NCBI RefSeq assembly: GCF_006345805.1
Contig: NC_043002.1
Span: 32,612,001-32,676,000, forward strand
Direction: 5' to 3'
From: Octopus sinensis
Lineage: Eukaryota
DNA length: 64,000 nucleotides
The translations under genes were made by a program, and so were the position numbers. The notes beneath the pieces are model-generated. The model was not told the origin of the DNA. It saw nothing but the letters and a program-made list of their open reading frames with translations, and did no database searches. The first letter of the stretch is position 1. Every line of letters starts with the position of its first letter. Below, piece after piece: positions 55,340 to 64,000 of the stretch.

Positions 55340-55748
55340 TATTACAAATATATATATATATACTAGCAGTATCGCCCGGCGTTGCTCAGGTTTGTAAGGG
55401 AAATAACTATAAAGCATTTTTAGAGAGTTATAGCCAAAATATAGCAAAAAAATGGAAAAAAATGATGGTAAATTTTTTTTGAGAGTAAAAAAAGGTGGAG
55501 TTGCGTCCCCTAGACAGTTTGCGGTTTGTGTTTCTGATTCTCGACCCCATGTCGAACTTATCGATTTTTTTCAGAACTGGGGGAACTTTTCAAAATTTTC
55601 GCTGCGTTAGTTTTGAATTATTACATTGGGCTATGTGTGTGTCAAGTTTCATCAGAATCGGTTGAAAGCCGTGGTCAGGGTGAGGGTACAAGCAAACAGA
55701 CACACAGAAACACGCACAGACAAACTGCCGTTTATATATAGAGAGATA
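55340..55748 (+). mobile_element. Non-autonomous Helitron-like (Lep1/HINE-type) element
   Basis: Begins actagcagtatcgcccggcgttgctc; ends acagacacacagaaacacgcacagacaaactgccgtttatatatagagagat; inserted in (TA)n. Confidence 0.65.
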
Positions 55749-56097
55749 TATGTGTGTGTGTGTGTGTGTGTGTGTCTGTGTGTGTGTATGTGTGCGTGTG
55801 TATATACACATACATATATATATATATACTTTATTTAAATGAAGCATATTACTCTACCACTGGTATTTGAGTACTCTTTTTTACACCTTGTTTCACATTT
55901 ATGTGTTTACTCCGGTATAACTACATATATATATATATATATATATAATGCCAAATATGCCGAAATTAGCATATTTGGCATTAGAAATTTTTCGTTTGCC
56001 CTTATTTATAAGTTGTTTATAATTTTAACCTTTAAAGGTATTCTTTTAATATGCTGGCCATTGATAAACATTTTTTCGAAAAAATGTTATCCAACAT

Positions 56098-56136
<39 letters not shown>

Positions 56137-56270
56137 TGCGAGATAGAGAGATGAGAGATAGATACCTTACGTATAGGATATTCTTCGTAGTGCTACATAT
56201 GTGTGTGTGTGTGTGTGTGTGTGTGTCTGCGTGTGTGTATATATATAAGTATATAGATACATACAAACAT

Positions 56271-56343
<73 letters not shown>

Positions 56344-56470
56344 GAGTATTTGTACACTTGCGATTTATACTATTTCAAACACAAATTACGATTCAGTCCC
56401 TGTTTAGTGTAAGGGAGACAGTCGCCTATGATCCCTCTCAAGGCAAGCTAGCTGGTTGAATGGTTCTACT

Positions 56471-56471
56471 C

Positions 56472-56549
<78 letters not shown>

Positions 56550-56564
56550 GTATATATGTATATA

Positions 56565-56605
<41 letters not shown>

Positions 56606-56620
56606 GTATATATATATATG

Positions 56621-56654
<34 letters not shown>

Positions 56655-56705
56655 TATGTAAATATATATGTACATACATATATATATATACATATATATA
56701 TGTAT

Positions 56706-56754
<49 letters not shown>

Positions 56755-56840
56755 TATATATATGTGTACATATATATGTGCATACATATATATATATATA
56801 TACATATATACATATATATATATAATATATATATATATAT
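56471..56840. repeat. Long imperfect (TA)n microsatellite
   Basis: Direct reading; one of dozens of (TA)n, (CA)n, (TATG)n, (GATA)n and (GA)n tracts in the window. Confidence 0.95.
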
Positions 56841-58693
56841 GTCTCCACTGTTGGCCCATTAACTGATGAAAATGGCACTCTCCAAGATAATGCCAAATCC
56901 ATGGCCGAGATACTGCAGAAACAATACTGCTCTGTTTTCAGCAATCCTGATATGGCCGATCTGGGCTGTATCAGTGATGTCAACCCCCAACACACTATAT
57001 CGGACATAACGTTTAGTGCCCCTGATGTCTTAGCGGCGATAAACGAAATAAAACACAATTCAGCAGTAGGCCCCGATAGGTTCCCTGCTTGTGTCCTGAA
57101 GGTGTGTCGACACCAACTTGCATCTCCCCTTGCTAATCTGTGGAGAAACTCACTGGATGCTGGCTATATTTCAAAAAACCTTCTGTCCCAGTCTGTTGTC
57201 CCAGTTTTCAAAAAGGGAAACAAGTCCCTTGCAGTGAACTACCGTCCGATCTCACTCACCTCTCATATCATCAAGGTATTTGAGAGGGTGGTGAGATCTC
57301 GAATAACCCAATTTCTGGAAAGCAACAGACGGCTGATCTCTAACCAACATGGGTTCCGTAATGGAAGGGACTGCCTAACGCAGCTCCTGCATCACTTTGA
57401 TGACATTTTGAGAGCTTTGGGAGAGGGCTCCAACACCGATGTCATCTACCTTGATTTCAGTAAGGCCTTCGACAGGGTCGATCACAAGATCCTATTGAAA
57501 AAACTATCCAGCATTGGTGTCTCTGGAAAGTTACTGAAATGGATCAAGTGTTTCCTGACAGACAGATCTCAACATGTTGTAGTTGAAGGGGTAAAATCAA
57601 GCCCAGCCAAAGTCAGTAGTGGCGTTCCGCAAGGCACTATGCTGGGCCCACTTCTTTTCATCATTTACATTAATGACATTAATGACATCATCAAGCACAG
57701 CAACATAAAAATCTTTGCAGATGATTCCAAGCTACAGAAGGTCATAAATGAGGCGAGTGACCGGACATGCCTTCAGTCAGATCTACTGGCTGTTATCCAA
57801 TGGGCAGAAAAAAACAATATGCTGCTGAACGAGGATAAATTTGAATTAATCCACTTTGGAAATGAGGATGCCCTGAAACTCCCATACTCCCTTCCTTAAG
57901 GTGAAACTCTCGCGGCGTCCAACAACATCAGAGACTTGGGAGTAATTGTGGACAACAACATAAGCTGGGCCACTCATATAAACACCAAAGTTGACATGGC
58001 CCGCAGAATGTGTTCCTGGATTCTCAGAACTTTCCAGTCGAGAGATATCCACACCATTATCCTTCTCTTCTCCACTTTTGCCCGACCCCACCTTGAATAC
58101 TGTTGTCCACTGTGGTCTCCCCACACAATACAAGGTATCATAAAAGTTGAAGCACCTCAAAGGGCAATCACAAAAAAGATAGATGGCATGACAGGCCTCG
58201 ACTATTGGGGTCGACTAGAAAAGCTAAAGCTTTATTCTCTCCAACGTCGTCGTGAGCGCTACATCATCTGCATGATGTGGAAAATATTCCATCAGCATTG
58301 CCCAAATGATGTTGGCATCACCTTTAAGGTACATCCAAGGCTTGGGCCCCGTGCCATCCGCCCAAAACAAAAATCGCACTCTCATCGCATAACAACAATA
58401 CGGCACAATTATTTCACCTCAATTGGCCCTGCTCTCTTTAACATTACACCAAAACACATTAAAAAAGAAACTGACCCTATAGGGTTCAAGAAGTCTTTGG
58501 ACAGATTCCTTCAAGAAATCCCGGATAAACCCCCTACACCCGGATATGTCTCTGTAAACAATAACTCTCTACTTGAGTGGGCCATAGTGCCCAAATTCTG
58601 ACTTGAAAGACTTCACCAGGTGGTGCTATTAAGTTAGACATGGCCTGGGCCAATAATGGCCGAAACCTATCAAAGTATCAAAGTATCAAAGTA
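56841..58693 (+). mobile_element. Young 5'-truncated CR1/L2-type LINE with RT domain, (ATCAAAGT)n tail
   Basis: ORF 56901-57899: FKKGNKSLAVNYRPISLTS, QHGFRNGRDCLTQLL, YLDFSKAFDRVDH, SGVPQGTMLGP, FADDSKL; single premature TAA at ~57897; continues in 57936-58601. Confidence 0.95.
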
Positions 58694-58900
58694 TATATAT
58701 ACATATATACATACATATATATATAGACGTTGATGTTCGCCTGGGGCTAATTGCAACAGTGACACCCCCACCACCCTGCCCTGTCCCTAGCCATATTCGG
58801 TTGGCTAATATCCCTTATATTACGGAGCAGTCACTGTCTATATCTCATTTAGAGAATTATTATTGCTATATATACGTACATATATATATATAATATATAC

Positions 58901-58980
<80 letters not shown>

Positions 58981-59300
58981 TATATATATAATATATATAT
59001 ACATATATACATATATACATATATAAAAATTTTGCAATTAAGGACAACTACTTAATAAGAAAACTTAACAAGAAATTGTCAGGTAGATAGCGTAAAAACC
59101 TCATAAGAGAAAAAATTTCGAAAATAATTATTTCTTATTGAACATATTAATTTATATATAGAGGGCATAATTATACATACATGCCAGGAGGCATTATATA
59201 TACCTGCCAAACGCTAAGAGGGACAATCAGTCATTTCTACCAAAAATATTACTAATCCCACCGAATGCAATTTTTCAAAGTAAGACATTTAAAAATATAT

Positions 59301-59348
59301 AGGCCTGTATCACAGTGATTTCATACTTACGTAATCATCAGCAGGCCT
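59301..59348 (-). ncRNA. Type I hammerhead ribozyme (copy 1)
   Basis: Exact reverse complement of 59704-59751. Confidence 0.72.
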
Positions 59349-59703
59349 GAATGTATTATAAATAAACAACGACCCTGCCTCGCTTAAGCCGAACAGCTAA
59401 CTGATCAACATCAACGAAGCACATGGGTGAGTTTATATATATTACATCCGGGTGAATGGCAAACTTTTACAAAATTGCATTTCGGGAGAGGAAAAGTTTT
59501 TTCGGAATAAAAATTTTGCAATTAAGGACAACTACTTAATAGGAAAACTTAACAAGAATTGTCAGGTAGATAGCGTAAAAACCTCATAAGAGAAAAAATT
59601 TCGAAAATAATTATTTCTTATTGAACATATTAATTTATATATAGAGGGCATAATTATAGAGGGCTTAAGCGAGGCAGGGTCGTTGTTTATTTATAATACA
59701 TTC

Positions 59704-59751
59704 AGGCCTGCTGATGATTACGTAAGTATGAAATCACTGTGATACAGGCCT
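59704..59751 (+). ncRNA. Type I hammerhead ribozyme (copy 2), predicted cleavage after A59744
   Basis: aggccug CUGAUGA uuac GUAA guau GAAA ucacuguga UA caggccu: 7-bp stem I, GNRA-capped stem II, palindromic stem III. Confidence 0.75.
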
Positions 59752-60185
59752 ATATATTTTTAAATGTCTTACTTTGAAAAATTGCATTCGGTGGGATTAG
59801 TAATATTTTTGGTAGAAATGACTGATTGTCCCTCTTAGCGTTTGGCAGGTATATATAATGCCTCCTGGCATGTATGTATAATTATGCCCTCTATATAAAT
59901 TAATATGTTCAATAAGAAATAATTATTTTCGAAATTTTTCTCTTATGAGGTTTTTACGCTATCTACCTGACAATTTCTTGTTAAGTTTTCCTTATTAAGT
60001 AGTTGTCCTTAATTGCAAAATTTTTATTCCGAAAAAACTTTTCCTCTCCCGAAATGCAATTTTGTAAAAGTTTGCCATTCACCCGGATGTAATATATATA
60101 AACTCACCCATGTGCTTCGTTGATGTTGATCAGTTAGCTGTTCGGCTTAAGCGAGGCAGGGTCGTTGTTTATTTATAATACATTC

Positions 60186-60233
60186 AGGCCTGCTGATGAT
60201 TACGTAAGTATGAAATCACTGTGATACAGGCCT
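60186..60233 (+). ncRNA. Type I hammerhead ribozyme (copy 3), predicted cleavage after A60226
   Basis: Identical to copy 2, 482 nt downstream. Confidence 0.75.
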
Positions 60234-60394
60234 ATATATTTTTAAATGTCTTACTTTGAAAAATTGCATTCGGTGGGATTAGTAATATTTTTGGTAGAAA
60301 TGACTGATTGTCCCTCTTAGCGTTTGGCAGGTATATATAATGCCTCCTGGCATGTATGTATAATTATGCCCTCTATATATAAATATATACATAT

Positions 60395-60453
<59 letters not shown>

Positions 60454-60667
60454 GTGTGTGTGTAAATAAACATACATATATATATATATGTGTTTGATGG
60501 CATATGTGTGAATGTATTCCTCGCACATCCAAGCTGACGTAACAGAAATTTTTGTAGATTAAATAATTTACGTTTCTTAAGGGAATTTTTTTAAATATTG
60601 AAAGTTCAGCGTTCTATTCTTGGCAGTCTATCGATTACAAAAAGTGAAAAATAACAAAGTTACTCAC

Positions 60668-60702
60668 TTGGTCTTCACTTTCGAGGACATAGTCGAAATA
60701 CG
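60668..60702 (-). CDS. Candidate 35-nt exon of an unidentified gene: (S)YFDYVLESEDQ
   Basis: Strong acceptor ttatctctccttgcAG and donor A|GTGAGT; phase-compatible with the 62974-63077 exon. Confidence 0.4.
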
Positions 60703-61027
60703 CTGCAAGGAGAGATAAAATATTAAGCAATGAACTTAACTTATAGGAGTTAAGAAAAACGGATATAAGAAATTGTTACATTTCTTCATAAAGTGTACAA
60801 TGCTGTTGCGAGCAAAATGTATTTGAAGTCCATAAGAACACACACTTGCACACACGCACACACATAGTCGCACACTCACACATACATCCGCTCACACACA
60901 CATACACACACGCACACACATATATACACACCCATATATGCACACATATATATCTATCCAGCTATATGTCTAATTTATCTTCCCTTCTGTATTTCCATCT
61001 TCTAATTATCTATCTGCCTATATATAT

Positions 61028-61084
<57 letters not shown>

Positions 61085-61111
<27 letters not shown>

Positions 61112-61740
61112 TATGGTAATCAACCACGGGCATGATCTTCTCGCTGCAACAGCTATAGGAGGTAGCAGCAGAGCAACACTGATCCCTTTTCATGGGACTT
61201 CTCCAAAGCATTTGTTACAGTGGACTAATAAACACCTTTTGAAAGTGCTAGAGACTTATGGATGTCCCGAAAAGCTTGTTCACATCATCAAGGAGTTCCA
61301 TGCAGGAATAAAAGGGCCAGTCTCATTTGATGGAGCACTTAGTTGAGCGTTCGCGTTCAACCATGGTGTGAAGTATGACTTTATGCCTGCCCATTCGCTC
61401 GTCGCACTTCAATTCTTAGTTGTGATAGACACCGTGAAGGCTAGTCTAGTTACAGAAAAAATTCTTATCCACACCAGAACAGATGTGAAGCTTGTCTTCG
61501 TGCCTTCACCGAAATCTGGGAGATTTGATTTAGGGCGCTTTTACACGCATATGACACATCTTTCGTGACCAGCAGCATTGAAGACATGCGATATATTGTG
61601 GACTGGTTTTCTTCATTAGAAAACATGTTTGGTCTCAAGAAGAACACTTAAAAAAACTGAGCTGCTCTACCAGAGCCAATCAGAATGTGTTGATAGCTCG
61701 AGGGGTCACGAAACAATGTTAGTCTACGTGGAGCCTTAAA
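61085..61740 (+). mobile_element. Decayed RTE LINE RT fragment
   Basis: LLKVLETYGCPEKLVHIIKEFH.G.KG.VSFDG.LS..F.F.HGVK resembles RTE RT. Confidence 0.65.
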
Positions 61741-62194
61741 GTAAACAGTTAGGTTTTCCTATACGATCTAGCAAACTGAACGAAGGACTTTTCTTTCCCA
61801 AGTTTCTCCAAGAGTTTTTCATTCCCAAGATTATAAACATTCAATCAATTTTTCGGTATCCCAAAATGTTTTTGTTTTTTTTTCCTAAATGTGACTTGGT
61901 GAAATATTGTATTCACAAAATGTCACTTATTTCTATCTACGAACGAGAAAATGATGGAACCTCCATTTACACATGGTATCCTAGAAATAGTATTAAAATT
62001 TGCATCACATCACGTGCTGTCATATAAAAAGGAGAAGGACATTGAATATTTTGAATATTCAGTCCTATCTACAGAATGCATGCAGAACAAAAATGAAGAC
62101 ATAACCTGGAATGGTTTTGATTAAAAATTTCTCTTTGATCGAAAATAACCATAAAATAAGCATTATAGTTGGAGGCATGGATGAGTTGTTAAGA

Positions 62195-62565
62195 AGCTCG
62201 TTTTGAAACCACACACATTCAAGTTCTATCCCACAGCGTGGCACCTTTGATGTTTTTATAGAATATCCCAGAACGACCAATGCTGTATGAGTGAATTTGG
62301 TAGATGGAACTTGACTGGAGCCCGTCGTACATATATGTGGGTGTATATGTATATTTGTGTCAGTGATTGTTCACTCCCCAGTCTTGACAACCGGTTCTGA
62401 TTTGTTTATGTCCCACTAACTTAGGAGCCCAGCAAAAAGTAAGACAGAATAAGTGTCAGACTTAAAAATAAGTGCTGGGGCCAATCGGTTGGAGTAAAAT
62501 CCTTCAAGATGATACCCTCAGTATGGCCGCAGCCAAATGACTGAATCAAGTAAAAGATAAAAATT
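62195..62565 (+). mobile_element. Diverged SINE family B copy
   Basis: Colinear with the 23352 copy; its 3' half is nearly identical to 54470-54620. Confidence 0.7.
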
Positions 62566-62973
62566 CCAACAACAAGCAATTTCATGAATCAGGCATTTAA
62601 TTGGCGTTATCATCCGACCAGCTAGAGACGGTGGCAACATCAATACTATATTACGTTACATAAAAAGATATACATTAGATAAAATGTTTGAAGGTATTTT
62701 ATGCCAGAAAAGTAAACGAGGGTTGGAAAATTCTTGACTATAAATCTACTTGACCACAATATTTCAATTTTACTTATTTTAAAGACTCTGAAATTTTAAA
62801 AGGTGAAGTCGACCTGGTAAAAATATGAACTCAGAATGTAGAAACAGAAGAATTGCTGTCAAGCATATTGTCCATAGTGCTAACTAATCTGTCAGCACAC
62901 AGTCTTCGAAAAGTCATCAACACAGGGAAACATATTGCAATAAGGATATTCATTTGCGGAAAAATAAACTTAC

Positions 62974-63077
62974 ATTTTTGTTGAGGTCCCTCGTGCCAAT
63001 CAAAATCTTTGTTTATACCGATATTGTCTTTCTTCCAGCCTGGGGCGTTATCTATATAAGTGCTATCTACTTGTAAA
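62974..63077 (-). CDS. Candidate 104-nt internal exon (phase 2-1) of an unidentified gene: LQVDSTYIDNAPGWKKDNIGINKDFDWHEGPQQK
   Basis: Acceptor tattttgtatttcacAG, donor T|GTAAGT; only one open frame; non-repetitive, protein-like sequence. Confidence 0.55.
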
Positions 63078-63177
63078 CTGTGAAATACAAAATATTGATT
63101 AACATAAATACATTTAAATATTAAATCACCATCAGGGAATATTACGCACACACACACGCACACACATTTATAGTCAA

Positions 63178-63450
63178 GGCACGTGGCTTAGTGTTTAGGG
63201 TATTCGGCTCGCGATAGTAGGGTCGCGAGCTCGATTCCCGGCGGTGTGTTGTGTTCTTTGAGCAACATACTTTATTTCATAGTACTCCAGTCTACTCTGC
63301 TGGCAAAAATGAGTAGTACCTGCATTTCAATGGACCAGCCTTGCCACACTGTGTCACACTGAATCTCCTTGAGAAGTATGTGAAGGGATACGCGTGTCTG
63401 TGGTGTATTCAGTCACTTGCACGTGAATCTCACGAATAAATTGTTCCGTT
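63178..63450 (+). mobile_element. tRNA-derived SINE
   Basis: Head aggcacgtggcttagtg...gagctcgattcccgg (A/B boxes) followed by a SINE body rather than a tRNA 3' stem. Confidence 0.7.
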
Positions 63451-64000
63451 GGATAAAATATCATTTTATACTGTGTTACGTCCCTTTATTTTGGGATATA
63501 ACTAAAATTAAATAAACCAAAGGAATTCAGATAGAATCCGCTTTTCATCAAACCATGCTACATTAAATTACTTCTATTCAGCTATTGCAGCCGCTACATG
63601 GACTATATAACATCCCTAAAACTGTAAGTGGTTCTTTTGCTTAAATTAGGAATTACAGTAAACATGATCGCTGGAATTTCAACACCAGCATCCTATAAAG
63701 GGTATTGACAGGCATAAGCGGCAATATTCGCAAGGAAATCCTGGACATCAATGAAAGCCAAACTAGACATATGGGTCAAGTTCGATGCCACTTGTTTGAC
63801 AGTAGAGCTTATCCAAAACTTATAAATGTCCTAACTGCGCTATCAGATAAGTTATTATATCAGCCTCTGTATATATTGAAAAATAGTGATTAAAAAATCA
63901 CTGGCAACGTGGACTATATTAATTCAAATTAATATTCCTACTTATTCAAATTAATACTCTAATTTAACGTGGATATACTGTAGATTACTACTCAATTGCA

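Larger units (their letters stand above)
59025..60380. mobile_element. ~482-bp non-coding repeat unit, tandem and inverted, with hammerhead ribozymes (Penelope pLTR/retrozyme-like)
   Basis: Left tract 59025-59658 (~1.3 units) and right tract ~59662-60380 (~1.5 units, opposite orientation); near-identical; bounded by (TA)n. Confidence 0.85.

Overview
AT-rich animal genomic DNA dense in microsatellites and transposon relics. The SINE families and repeat landscape look like an octopus/coleoid genome (inference from recognition, no database search). Main contents: (1) A spliced minus-strand gene missed by the ORF track, from ATG at 18302 to beyond position 1. It has 8 phase-compatible exons and encodes a secreted mucin-like protein with a signal peptide and 26-aa S/T/N-rich tandem repeats. 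(2) Candidate exons of a second minus-strand gene at 55-63 kb. (3) Decayed mobile elements: a Helitron with an OTU domain, CR1/L2-type LINEs (two young near-identical copies), RTE and R4/Dong LINEs, Tc1/mariner relics, many SINEs and foldback elements. (4) The best lead is a set of type I hammerhead-ribozyme motifs inside inverted/tandem repeats. The clearest is a very young ~482-bp non-coding unit at 59.0-60.4 kb, arranged in tandem and inverted, with three identical hammerheads: a Penelope-LTR/retrozyme-like candidate for a self-cleaving, possibly circular RNA. (5) A ~2.5-kb spacerless palindrome at 27.1-29.6 kb. All structures were read by eye; no folding, alignment or expression data were available.
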